A stretch of DNA of 64,000 nt from Bryobacterales bacterium. GTDB taxonomy: Bacteria > Acidobacteriota > Terriglobia > Bryobacterales > Bryobacteraceae. The translations under genes and the position numbers were made by a program. The stretch covers positions 17,752-81,751 of the forward strand of contig JADZGD010000011.1 in the NCBI GenBank assembly GCA_020854055.1. The letters run 5' to 3'. This document shows, piece by piece, positions 35,284 to 44,391 of this stretch (its first letter is position 1; each line of letters begins with the position of its first letter). The notes under the pieces were generated by a model. That model did no database searches, was not told where the DNA came from, and saw only the letters and a program-made list of their open reading frames with translations.

Positions 35284-35900
35284 TGCATCGTTTGCAGGTA
35301 CTTCCCCGTTGTCGCATCGACATAAATGGAGAAGTTGCTGGTGCCCAACGATTCACCCCAGATCACCCGCCAGACCGGGTTGGGAAAGCGTTCGTTGAGC
35401 TCCGCGAGATAGTTAATCGGCTTGTCCGGGTTCTTCTTGACATAATCGGCCGCCTTCGCCATGGCAGCCTTCAGCGCTTCGTCGGAATCGATTTTGATGG
35501 CCTGCATGAGAAACGGTTTCGTCTGCCCCCGCGGCCCGGACCAGGACTCCTCCAAACCGGCAAAAACACCTTTGTGCAGATTTCCTTCGCCCTCAACGAC
35601 CGAATACGTATAGGTCTTGGCTCTCCCCGTTGAGGGTGATACAAACACCGTTTCCCAGGCGCCCGCCTTGCCTGGTTCGGCAGGCACGCCACGGACGGGA
35701 ACGTTGCGGATCCGCAGAATCTGGATATCGGGAGCCCACGCCCGGGCGGCGGTGAACATCTGGTACATCGCGTAGCGGCCGGTGACAGGCTCCGCCGGTT
35801 TTTCCGGTTCTTTCGTCGCGACCGGTTTCGTTGAGGTTTGTGAGCAGCCGGCGAGAATTGCAAGAGCAGTTAGTGGTAGTAGAACCTTGAATCGGAACAT
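35280..35900 (-). CDS. hypothetical lipoprotein
   Basis: Lipobox in MFRFKVLLPLTALAILAGCSQ. I recognise no family. Confidence 0.65.
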   Translation of the reverse strand: MFRFKVLLPLTALAILAGCSQTSTKPVATKEPEKPAEPVTGRYAMYQMFTAARAWAPDIQILRIRNVPVRGVPAEPGKAGAWETVFVSPSTGRAKTYTYSVVEGEGNLHKGVFAGLEESWSGPRGQTKPFLMQAIKIDSDEALKAAMAKAADYVKKNPDKPINYLAELNERFPNPVWRVIWGESLGTSNFSIYVDATTGKYLQTMH

Positions 35901-35984
35901 CGGAAGTTGCCTCGCCTCATTCTAACGCCAACGGAATTTCCGCGGTTTGGTGTCATAATATGTCTAACCCGAGGAGGTTCCTCC

Positions 35985-37316
35985 ATGACGCATGCACGGT
36001 TTTTGGAGTGGACGGGCATCGTCGCACTCTCAGTGTTGATTGCAGCTTCCGGCCAGGCTCAGACAAGGGGCGGCGGCGGACCCGCGGGAGGCAACACCGG
36101 CGGGTCAACAGGATCTTCGGGAACGCCGGCAAACGTTCCGAGCGTTCCTACCGTTCCTAGCAACACGCCGTCGAACACGCCCTCAACGCTTCCGGGTAGA
36201 ACACAGCAGCCCGGCCAGCAATATCCGGAGATGATGAGCCGGCCAATGTATGTTTCCGGCAAGGTGGTAACGGATTCCGGCACCCCGCCGCCGGACTTCG
36301 CGACGATGGAACTGGTCTGCGGATCCCAGGTTCGTCCCCAAGGTTACACCGATAGCAAAGGCCGATTCAGTTTCGAACTGGGCCGGAGCCAGGGCGTGTT
36401 TATGGACGCCAGCACCAGCGGTGCCCCCGGCATGGGTCCGGGTATGTCCGACACGGGGATGGGCACAACCAGCCGCGGCGATACTGCCACCATGGGAAGA
36501 ACGGGCGGCTACGGCTCCATGATGGGGGGCGGAGTCAATGAACGGATGCTGATGGGCTGCGAAATCCGCGCTGCGCTGCCCGGCTACCGCTCCGACGTCG
36601 TCAACCTGGCGGGACGCCGGGTGATGGATAACCCCGATGTCGGCACCATCATCCTGCACCGTTTGGCAAACGTAGAGGGAACCATCATCAGCGCCAACAG
36701 CTTGGCCGCGCCCAAGGACGCCCGCAAGGAATATGACAAGGCGCGCGATTCCATACGAAAAGACAAGTGGGAAGATGCCGCCAAGCATCTGCACAAGGCG
36801 CTTGCGGCGTATCCGGAATATGCCGATGCGTGGTTCGAATTAGGCCAGTACTATCAGAAGCAGAACAACCGCGCCGAGGCCCGCAACGCGTACACCAAGG
36901 CCGTTGGGATCGATGGCAAGTTCATCAAGCCCTACCTGCCGCTGGCATTCCTGGCGTCGTCGGAGCAGAAATGGGCCGATGTCGCCGAGTACAGCGGCAA
37001 AGCCATCAAGCTCGATCCGATCAGTTCGCCCCAGGCGTTCTTTTTTAATGCGGTGGCCGAGTACAACCTGCACCACCTGGATCTGGCGGAAAAATCCGTA
37101 CGGCGGGGAATCGAGATCGACACCAAACACCGCATCCCGAAGATGAACCATCTGCTGGGCGTCATTCTGGCGGACAAACAGGATTACCCCGGAGCCGCGG
37201 CCCAACTGAAGAACTACCTGGAATTCGCGCCCAAGGCAAACGACGCCGACCAGGTTCGCCAACAGTTGGCGGAGGTCGAAAAGTTCGCCTCCTCCGCCGT
37301 GCCCGCGACAAAGTAG
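35985..37316 (+). CDS. secreted TPR-repeat protein with Gly/Ser/Pro-rich linker and carboxypeptidase-regulatory-like region
   Basis: GAGGAGG at 35971..35977 precedes the ATG at 35985. Signal ...ALSVLIAASGQAQ. TPR-like helices at the C-terminus (AAYPEYADAWFELGQYYQKQNNRAEARNAYTKAV...). Confidence 0.75.
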   Translation: MTHARFLEWTGIVALSVLIAASGQAQTRGGGGPAGGNTGGSTGSSGTPANVPSVPTVPSNTPSNTPSTLPGRTQQPGQQYPEMMSRPMYVSGKVVTDSGTPPPDFATMELVCGSQVRPQGYTDSKGRFSFELGRSQGVFMDASTSGAPGMGPGMSDTGMGTTSRGDTATMGRTGGYGSMMGGGVNERMLMGCEIRAALPGYRSDVVNLAGRRVMDNPDVGTIILHRLANVEGTIISANSLAAPKDARKEYDKARDSIRKDKWEDAAKHLHKALAAYPEYADAWFELGQYYQKQNNRAEARNAYTKAVGIDGKFIKPYLPLAFLASSEQKWADVAEYSGKAIKLDPISSPQAFFFNAVAEYNLHHLDLAEKSVRRGIEIDTKHRIPKMNHLLGVILADKQDYPGAAAQLKNYLEFAPKANDADQVRQQLAEVEKFASSAVPATK

Positions 37317-37381
37317 TAGACGTCCAACGAACATTGCAGCCCGCGGCCGGCCGGTTGCTCGACTCTCCTCTGATGGGCAGA

Positions 37382-38740
37382 TTATTGGGCCGGCGCGATG
37401 TTGTGGTTAAAGCGGAACAGGTTGCCGGGATCGTAGCGGGCTTTAATGCCGGCCAGGCGGCCGAAACGGGCATCACTGTAGGCAGTGTGCACGTCGTCCC
37501 CCATGGAAAGATAGTTCACGTATGTGCCGCCGGTCGAGTAGGGCAGGATTCGTCCGTGCAAGCTACGCGCCCAGGCGATCACGGCCTCATCGAGTCCGGG
37601 ATTGGTACAAACGCCGAAGATGCCCAGGTTGAACCGCACCTGCCGATGCTCAAACGCCGTCGCATCCTTGGCGATGCGGGAAATGGCCCCGCCCTGGGTC
37701 TCAATCATGACCTGATCGAGGACTCCTTCGGTGTTCTCCATCGCACTGACGAGCAAGCCGATGGTCTCGTCGGACAACTCATTCAGGTATGCGGATTTCC
37801 AGTAATGCCGCTGCCCCTTCGGGGAGTTCGCATCCAGTTGCCGCTGCATAACGCAATAGGGAACCCGGGCCACAGTGTCGAGCACGATCGACCCCAATTC
37901 GCGGATGGGACCGAGCGCTTGCCACCCCTCTTCTTCAGGGCCAAAGTCACTCATCAGCACGGCCACCAGTTTGCCTGCGCCCGGAAGGGGAAGAATAGCG
38001 GCAAACCAGACGCGATGGTCGGGAGCTTCCAAGGCCACTTCACGAAAGCGCTTCAGCACGGCCTCCGCCATCGTGAAGGGAAACGCGACGAATCCGCTCA
38101 GCACGTGCCCGACCGGCTGCAATTGATACTCGAACGAAGTCACGATACCGAAGTTTCCGCCGCCGCCGCGCAGCGCCCAAAAGAGGTCCGGATGCTGGTC
38201 GCCGCTGGCAGTAACGAAATCGCCTTCCGCGGTGACGACATCCGCGGAGATAAGGTTGTCGCAAGCCAGGCCATAGCTACGAGAGAGATAGCCGAAGCCC
38301 CCGCCTAGAGTGAGCCCGGCGATTCCGGTGGTGGAGACCGCGCCGCCCGGCGAGGCCAATCCGAAGGCCTGCGTCTCACGGTCGTATTCGCCCCAAAGCA
38401 CTCCGCCTTCGGCACGCGCGCGCCGGGCGGACGGGTCGACCCGTACCGATTTCATCGCCGCAAGGTCAATCACCAGGCCGTCGTCGCACACGGCGCTCCC
38501 CGCCACGTTATGCCCGCCGCCGCGGATCGCTACCGGCAGGCCGCGTTCCCGCGCAAACCTGACGGTGGCTTGGATGTCGGAGACGCCGGCAACTTTGACA
38601 ATGGCGAGCGGGCGCTTGTCAATCATGGCGTTCCAGACCTGGCGCGACTGATCGTATCCCTCTGTGCCGCGTAGCAGTATTCTGCCGCGTAGGGCACCTT
38701 CCAGTTCTTTGAAGGTACTCTCGCCGAAAGCGGGTGTCAC
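37382..38740 (-). CDS. FAD-binding oxidoreductase (FAD_binding_4 / berberine-bridge-enzyme-like)
   Basis: PLAIVKVAGVSDIQATVRFARERGLPVAIRGGGHNVAG, plus the BBE-type C-terminus ...IKARYDPGNLFRFNHNI. Confidence 0.9.
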   Translation of the reverse strand: MTPAFGESTFKELEGALRGRILLRGTEGYDQSRQVWNAMIDKRPLAIVKVAGVSDIQATVRFARERGLPVAIRGGGHNVAGSAVCDDGLVIDLAAMKSVRVDPSARRARAEGGVLWGEYDRETQAFGLASPGGAVSTTGIAGLTLGGGFGYLSRSYGLACDNLISADVVTAEGDFVTASGDQHPDLFWALRGGGGNFGIVTSFEYQLQPVGHVLSGFVAFPFTMAEAVLKRFREVALEAPDHRVWFAAILPLPGAGKLVAVLMSDFGPEEEGWQALGPIRELGSIVLDTVARVPYCVMQRQLDANSPKGQRHYWKSAYLNELSDETIGLLVSAMENTEGVLDQVMIETQGGAISRIAKDATAFEHRQVRFNLGIFGVCTNPGLDEAVIAWARSLHGRILPYSTGGTYVNYLSMGDDVHTAYSDARFGRLAGIKARYDPGNLFRFNHNIAPAQ

Positions 38741-38991
38741 GAGTACAGTCTAGTACGGATTTTCCGATGTCGTGCGATCACAAGCCGGCTTTTCTAAATT
38801 TTTTCCTAGATAAGGCGCAGGGTGGGGTTTGGTTGCGCTGGTGGCGGCGGCACCGCCGTCGCGCGCCTTACAGAAGCTACATCGGACCGGTGGACCCTCA
38901 AGCCTTGAAAATCCCCGCCCGAGGCGGAGCACTCCGTCTCTCCATTTCAAACTGAACCAGCGCAACAGACCGTTTTCCACGGCAATTGGTG

Positions 38992-39786
38992 TCACGTGGT
39001 GAGTGAAGACAGGTTTCCGGTAAGGAAATCCTTGCGCTTGTCGCCCACCCAGTAACGCTCTCCGGCAATGCACCAAATGAACTCGAGCGGTTCCTGCTGC
39101 GAAAAGACCGGATGATAGTTCAGAAACGGAATCGTGACAATATCTCCCTCGGAAACGCTGTGCACAAAACTCAGCGTCTCCGGACTCTCATAGACCTCCA
39201 TCGCGCCGCTGCCCTTGATGAAGATGTAGGCTTCTTCCTGGTCGGTGTGATTGTGCGGCGGCCAGGAGCGCGCATACGGTTCAAAGAACGTATATCCGGC
39301 CACCAGTTTGTCCGCTCTCTCGGAAACGTCGAACATCAGATAAACGATCTTCCCCTTGGGGCGACGGATGCGCTCCTCCAGCCGCGACAGTTCCGCAAAG
39401 CGCGAATGAAAAACCGGATGGGCGTTTTCGGCGACGGCGTGGGTGTGAACCAGTCTCGCCGGCTCGCCACCGGAATTGAAGATAGAAAACGGCGCGCCGC
39501 GCGGAATGTAGACAATGTCGTAAGGGGCCACCGTCAGGACGCCGCCGTCCACCCGCACCTCGGAACTGCCTTTCCACTGAAACAGCAGACTCTCCTCGCC
39601 GGGGAAACTGTAACCGGCGGAAGCGGCGCCGGGTTCAAGGTGAAACTCCCCACACGCCAGCCACTTCAGGTTTGCATCCTGGGGCCGGAACCGCTCCACA
39701 TATCGCACGCCGCTCGTCGACGAACGAAAGAGTCTTCCCGGTTGAACCGGGCTCGCTTGCGCCGGGTTTGCCATAAGAGCCAACAT
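38992..39786 (-). CDS. bicupin protein (IolB/KduI-like sugar-isomerase-type fold; function uncertain)
   Basis: Two cupin-like modules (DIVYIPRGAPFSIFN and PPHNHTDQEEAYIFIKGSGAMEV). The family assignment is tentative. Confidence 0.6.
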   Translation of the reverse strand: MLALMANPAQASPVQPGRLFRSSTSGVRYVERFRPQDANLKWLACGEFHLEPGAASAGYSFPGEESLLFQWKGSSEVRVDGGVLTVAPYDIVYIPRGAPFSIFNSGGEPARLVHTHAVAENAHPVFHSRFAELSRLEERIRRPKGKIVYLMFDVSERADKLVAGYTFFEPYARSWPPHNHTDQEEAYIFIKGSGAMEVYESPETLSFVHSVSEGDIVTIPFLNYHPVFSQQEPLEFIWCIAGERYWVGDKRKDFLTGNLSSLTT

Positions 39787-39818
39787 AACATCAGGCCCGT
39801 GGCACGTTCGAGATCCCG

Positions 39819-40739
39819 ATGGCGCGCAAGCTTCCCCTTCACCTTGTCTATCACGATGGATATGACCTCAACTTCGGCACACACGTTTTTCCGTCGAGCA
39901 AGTACCGCCTGGTTCGCTCCCGGCTGCTGCGCGAGGAATTCGCCTCCGTGGAGGACTTTGCCGATCCCGAATCGGCCACCGACGACCAGTTGCGCCTGGT
40001 ACACACCGCAACCTGGATCTCCAACCTGAAGAACGGCACGCTGAATTACATGGAGCTGCTGAAGTTGGAAGTGCCGTACTCCCAGCAGATGGTCCATGCC
40101 TTCTGGCTGGCGGCCGGAGGGACTACGCTTGCCGCGCGCCTGGCGCTTGAAGAGGGTATCGGCTTCAACATCGGCGGGGGCTTTCATCACGCCTTCCCCG
40201 ACCACGGCGAAGGCTTCTGCGCCATTCACGACGTGGCCGTGGCCATCCGAATCCTTCAACACGAAGGGCGTATTCGACGCGCGCTGGTAGTGGATTGCGA
40301 CGTACACCAGGGCAACGGCACGGCGGCAATTTTTGCCGGCGACAGCGGCGTATTCACCCTCTCCATTCACCAGCTCAACAATTATCCCGACCACAAACCC
40401 CCATCCACCGTGGATATCAACCTGGAAGACGGTGTCGGCGACACCGAATACCTGGACCGGCTGCGCGGCCCCTACGAAACCGCAATCGAAGGCTTCCGGC
40501 CCGATCTGGTAATGTACGTGGCCGGCGCCGACCCCTACTACGAGGATCAACTGGGTGGACTCTCGCTGACCATCGAGGGCCTTATGCTGCGCGACCGGCT
40601 GGTGCTCGATCCGGCGATCCGGCTTGGAATTCCGGTGGCCGTAACGCTGGCCGGAGGTTACGCCCTCGAGTTGAGCGATACCGTACGCATCCACGCCAAT
40701 ACCGCCATCGCCTGCGCCCAGGCCCTGAGGGAATGCTAG
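39819..40739 (+). CDS. histone-deacetylase-family (arginase/deacetylase superfamily) amidohydrolase
   Basis: GGGFHHAFPDHGEGFCAIHDVAVA and VVDCDVHQGNGTA are canonical HDAC-family catalytic motifs. Confidence 0.9.
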   Translation: MARKLPLHLVYHDGYDLNFGTHVFPSSKYRLVRSRLLREEFASVEDFADPESATDDQLRLVHTATWISNLKNGTLNYMELLKLEVPYSQQMVHAFWLAAGGTTLAARLALEEGIGFNIGGGFHHAFPDHGEGFCAIHDVAVAIRILQHEGRIRRALVVDCDVHQGNGTAAIFAGDSGVFTLSIHQLNNYPDHKPPSTVDINLEDGVGDTEYLDRLRGPYETAIEGFRPDLVMYVAGADPYYEDQLGGLSLTIEGLMLRDRLVLDPAIRLGIPVAVTLAGGYALELSDTVRIHANTAIACAQALREC

Positions 40740-40745
40740 GTCCGT

Positions 40746-41768
40746 CTACCAGGGTTTCGAACGGGCCACGGAGATGCCACGCACTTCCTTGCCGTTCACT
40801 TTGGAAACCGCGCAGTAGAAGTGATACAGCACGCCCTCATACGTAATCACCGAAGGCTTGTGGGCGTATGTCGAATCGATGCTTCCAGGAGGCCCCACGT
40901 CGATCAGCACCTGGCTGCACTTTTCTGCGTGAAACGGATCCGGGCCAGTGGCGGCCAGGTCGCGGGCGACACCCTTGCTATCCAGGCCGAAGTAGAAAAA
41001 CACCCAGCGTTTGCCGTCGCGCAGCACGCAAGGATCGCTGGCAAAGCGCTCATCGGGGCTCCCGGCGGGACCGTTGCGCAGGATGGGATTCGCCTCATAG
41101 CGCGTCCAGCTCCTCAGATCCCTGGATGTCGCAACGCCGGTCTGCTCCCGCCAGTGGGTGGGCAGGTTCTTGGCATTATAGAAAAGGTAATAGGTTCCGC
41201 TATCCTCCACCAGGCAGGGCTTGTACAGGCCGGCCTTCTCCCAGGCGGCGCCATCGGAAGCTCGCAGGCAGGGCTCATCCACCTTCCAATCCCGCAGGTT
41301 GCTGCTCCAGGCGAGACCGATCACCGCCGGGCCAACCTCAAAGCCGGCGCCTGGATAGGCATGATAGACGCCCACGTAGCGGCCGCCCACCTTACGCAGA
41401 CGTCCCCGGGAGCCCAGATCGTTCTCCCGCAGGATCCAATTAAGCGCAATGTTGTAGCGCGCGATGGGCGAGGCCGGATCGCGCTTCAGGATAGCTCCTT
41501 CGGAACGCCAGTCGGCCAGGTCATTGGAAGAGGCCAGCCCGGTCTGGTAGCCGATACCGTCAAAGCCGAGATACGTCATCCAAAACCGGCGATGGTGGTA
41601 GAACACAAACGGGCAATCCACGGCAATGCGGTCAAACGCTCCCTCGTGGCCGGAGCCGCTCACAATCAGGCGTCCGAGTTTATACGGTGTCTCAAGGCCG
41701 CGCGGGTTACATGCGCCGGCCATGGGCGCCGCCGCCAGGGCGGCCAGCAGTTCTCTTCGGGTGATCAT
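40746..41768 (-). CDS. Tat/Sec-signal five-bladed beta-propeller glycoside-hydrolase-like protein (GH43/32/130 superfamily)
   Basis: MITRRELLAALAAAPMAGA. Repeated blade-like W-containing segments (SSNDLADW, SSNLRDW, SRDLRSW). The exact family is not determinable by eye. Confidence 0.65.
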   Translation of the reverse strand: MITRRELLAALAAAPMAGACNPRGLETPYKLGRLIVSGSGHEGAFDRIAVDCPFVFYHHRRFWMTYLGFDGIGYQTGLASSNDLADWRSEGAILKRDPASPIARYNIALNWILRENDLGSRGRLRKVGGRYVGVYHAYPGAGFEVGPAVIGLAWSSNLRDWKVDEPCLRASDGAAWEKAGLYKPCLVEDSGTYYLFYNAKNLPTHWREQTGVATSRDLRSWTRYEANPILRNGPAGSPDERFASDPCVLRDGKRWVFFYFGLDSKGVARDLAATGPDPFHAEKCSQVLIDVGPPGSIDSTYAHKPSVITYEGVLYHFYCAVSKVNGKEVRGISVARSKPW

Positions 41769-41792
41769 ATTTATGCCATAGTCGGAAATGAG

Positions 41793-44378
41793 ATGCGCGT
41801 GTATCTTTTCGGCCCGCTACTGCTGATTGCGGCTTCGCTTAACGCTCGTTCCCTCATCCCGGTACATCTTCAGTGTGAAGGCCAGGATAACCCGATCGCG
41901 GTAGAGACCGCCAGACCGAGGCTAAGTTGGAAGCTGCGCGCCGCTGAACCGGGGGCGCGCAACCTGGCGCAGTCGGCCTACCAGATCCTGGTGGCATCGA
42001 CAAAAGAGATGCTGGCGCGCAATCACGGTGATCTCTGGAATAGCGGCAAGGTGGCCTCACGGGCGACATTCGAGGTTGCCGGCCCAGGCAAGCCGGCGCC
42101 CGAAATCTTCTGGTGGAAGGCGCGGGTTTGGGATAGCGCGGGCAGGGTTTCCTCCTGGAGCGGACCCGCCTTCTGGAGGCCGGCTCCCACCAGTTGGGCA
42201 GGCGCGAAATGGATCTCCGGACCGGCCGAGGGCGAACGCATGCCGGTATTTCGCAAGTCTTTCCGCCTCACCAAACCGGTGGCGCGCGCGCTGCTCTACG
42301 TCTCCGGCCTCGGCCAGTACGAGTTCTCGCTCAACGCAAGGAAGGTGGGCGATGCCGTATTAGCACCCGGCTGGACGAATTACCGCAAAACCGTGCTCTA
42401 TGATGCCTACGACGTTTCCTCACTGCTGGCGCCGGGCGAGAACACGGCCTGGGTGATGCTTGGCAACGGCATGTACCACGTAGCGAAGACGCCGGGACGT
42501 TACACCAAGTTCACCGGTTCGATGGGCGAACCGAAGATGATTGCCCGCCTGCATATCGAGTACGCGGGCGGCGGTATCGAAGAGATCGTCAGCGATGCCA
42601 GTTGGCAGGCAGCACCGGGACCGATCCTCTACTCGCACACCTATGGCGGCGAAGATTACGATGCCCGCAGACAGCCTTCCGATTGGCAGCCGGCGCGAGA
42701 GGTGGAGGGGCCCGGCGGTCGTTTGACTGCCGCATCCAATCCTCCGATACGGGTGATGCAAACATTCCACGCGGTAGACGTCACCACGCCCCGCGCCGGC
42801 ATCCGCGTCTACGATCTGGGGCAGAACTTCTCCGGCTGGCCCGTAATCCGGGTCCAGGGTCCGGCGGGGGCGGCGGTGAAGTTGATTCCCGGCGAACTGC
42901 TGGACGCCGGCGGGTTGGTGACGCAGCGCAGTTCGGGCCAGCCCCAGTGGTACACCTACACGCTCCGGGGCGGCGCCGCCGAGACGTGGGCTCCGCGGTT
43001 CAGCTACTATGGCTTTCGCTATGTGCAGGTAGAGGCCCCGGCCAGTGTCACCGTCCGATCGCTGACCGGCGAATTCATCCACGCGGCTGCGCCGGTGGTG
43101 GGCGAGTTCTCCTGCTCCAGCACACTGTTCAACCGCATCCACCAACTGATTCTGGCGGCGATTCGCAGCAACATGCAGAGCGTGCTCACCGATTGCCCGC
43201 ATCGCGAAAAGCTGGGCTGGCTCGAACAATCCCACCTCGCCGGACCGTCCATCCTCTACAACTTCGACGCCGCCAGGCTCTACGCCAAGATCGCGAACGA
43301 TATCCGCGACTCCCAACTTAGGGACGGTCTGGTGCCCGACATCGCGCCCGAGTACACCGTATTCAGCAAGGGCTTCCGCGATTCGCCGGAGTGGGGTAGC
43401 GCCGCGATCCTGAATCCCTGGCTGGTTTATCGATTTTCCGGCGACCCCAGCCTGATGGCCTCCCAATACGAAGTCATGTCCCGCTATGCCGGTTATCTAT
43501 CCGGCAAAGCGCAGGACCGGATTCTCAGTTACGGGCTCGGCGACTGGTACGACATCGGACCGGGCGATCCAGGCGTTTCCAAGCTCACCGCGCTGGGCGT
43601 AACGGCGACTGCCATCTACTACGCCGATCTCGAAGCGTTACGCCATGCCGCGTTCCTCAACGGCCAGCCCGGCGAAGCCGCGCGGTGGCAGCGGGAGGCT
43701 GCCGCCGTTCGCCAGGCGTTCAACGCCCGCTTCTATTCGGCTGCCGAAGCCAGGTATGACCGCGGCAGCCAGTGCTCCTCGGCGATGGCACTGGTATTGG
43801 GACTGGTTCCGGAACGGGATCGCGCGCGGCTGCTGGACCGCCTGGTAAGCGACGTACGCGCCCACGCCAATCACACCACGGCCGGCGACATCGGCTATCA
43901 CTTTGTAATTCAGGCTCTGAGCGAGGGCGGCCGTTCCGACGTGATCTATGACATGCTCTCGGCCACCGATCCGCCCAGCTACGCCGCCCAACTCAGAGCC
44001 GGTGCTACGTCACTGACTGAAGCCTGGGATTCGGATCCGCGTAGTTCTCAAAACCACTTCATGCTGGGCCACGCCGAAGAGTGGTTCTACCGCTACCTGG
44101 CCGGTATCGACTTCGATCTGTCACGTCCGCCCGATCAGCGTATCACGCTGCGTCCCACGCCGGCAGGCAGCATCACCTGGGCGCACGCCTCGTACAATTC
44201 GGTGCTGGGACGTATCACCAGCAGTTGGAAAAAGAACGGCAGTGAACTCGTCTACCAGGCCGAAGTTCCACCTAACGCCACCGCTACGGTTCTGCTGCCG
44301 GCCGGCGAAAAGAAGATGATCGGATCCGGCCGCTGGACCTTCCGGGTACGGTTGCAACGTCGTTCCGGCTCAAACTGA
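41793..44378 (+). CDS. alpha-L-rhamnosidase, glycoside hydrolase family 78
   Basis: Signal MRVYLFGPLLLIAASLNA. Typical GH78 N-terminus NPIAVETARPRLSWKL...QSAYQILVAS. The catalytic (alpha/alpha)6 region contains DCPHREKLGWLE. The 5' part of track ORF 40821..44378 is antisense to the preceding gene. Confidence 0.9.
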   Translation: MRVYLFGPLLLIAASLNARSLIPVHLQCEGQDNPIAVETARPRLSWKLRAAEPGARNLAQSAYQILVASTKEMLARNHGDLWNSGKVASRATFEVAGPGKPAPEIFWWKARVWDSAGRVSSWSGPAFWRPAPTSWAGAKWISGPAEGERMPVFRKSFRLTKPVARALLYVSGLGQYEFSLNARKVGDAVLAPGWTNYRKTVLYDAYDVSSLLAPGENTAWVMLGNGMYHVAKTPGRYTKFTGSMGEPKMIARLHIEYAGGGIEEIVSDASWQAAPGPILYSHTYGGEDYDARRQPSDWQPAREVEGPGGRLTAASNPPIRVMQTFHAVDVTTPRAGIRVYDLGQNFSGWPVIRVQGPAGAAVKLIPGELLDAGGLVTQRSSGQPQWYTYTLRGGAAETWAPRFSYYGFRYVQVEAPASVTVRSLTGEFIHAAAPVVGEFSCSSTLFNRIHQLILAAIRSNMQSVLTDCPHREKLGWLEQSHLAGPSILYNFDAARLYAKIANDIRDSQLRDGLVPDIAPEYTVFSKGFRDSPEWGSAAILNPWLVYRFSGDPSLMASQYEVMSRYAGYLSGKAQDRILSYGLGDWYDIGPGDPGVSKLTALGVTATAIYYADLEALRHAAFLNGQPGEAARWQREAAAVRQAFNARFYSAAEARYDRGSQCSSAMALVLGLVPERDRARLLDRLVSDVRAHANHTTAGDIGYHFVIQALSEGGRSDVIYDMLSATDPPSYAAQLRAGATSLTEAWDSDPRSSQNHFMLGHAEEWFYRYLAGIDFDLSRPPDQRITLRPTPAGSITWAHASYNSVLGRITSSWKKNGSELVYQAEVPPNATATVLLPAGEKKMIGSGRWTFRVRLQRRSGSN

Positions 44379-44391
44379 TACGATTTTCGAC

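Noticed and set aside
39666-40694. 342-aa minus-strand ORF
   Set aside because: Antisense to the HDAC-family gene, whose catalytic motifs are unambiguous.
40821-41792. N-terminal 324 residues of the 1185-aa ORF 40821..44378
   Set aside because: This part is antisense to the beta-propeller GH-like gene (40746..41768) and has low-complexity, Arg/Gly/Ala-rich composition. A clean signal peptide and the GH78 N-terminus begin at the ATG at 41793.
42420-43466. 348-aa minus-strand ORF
   Set aside because: Antisense to the GH78 rhamnosidase gene.
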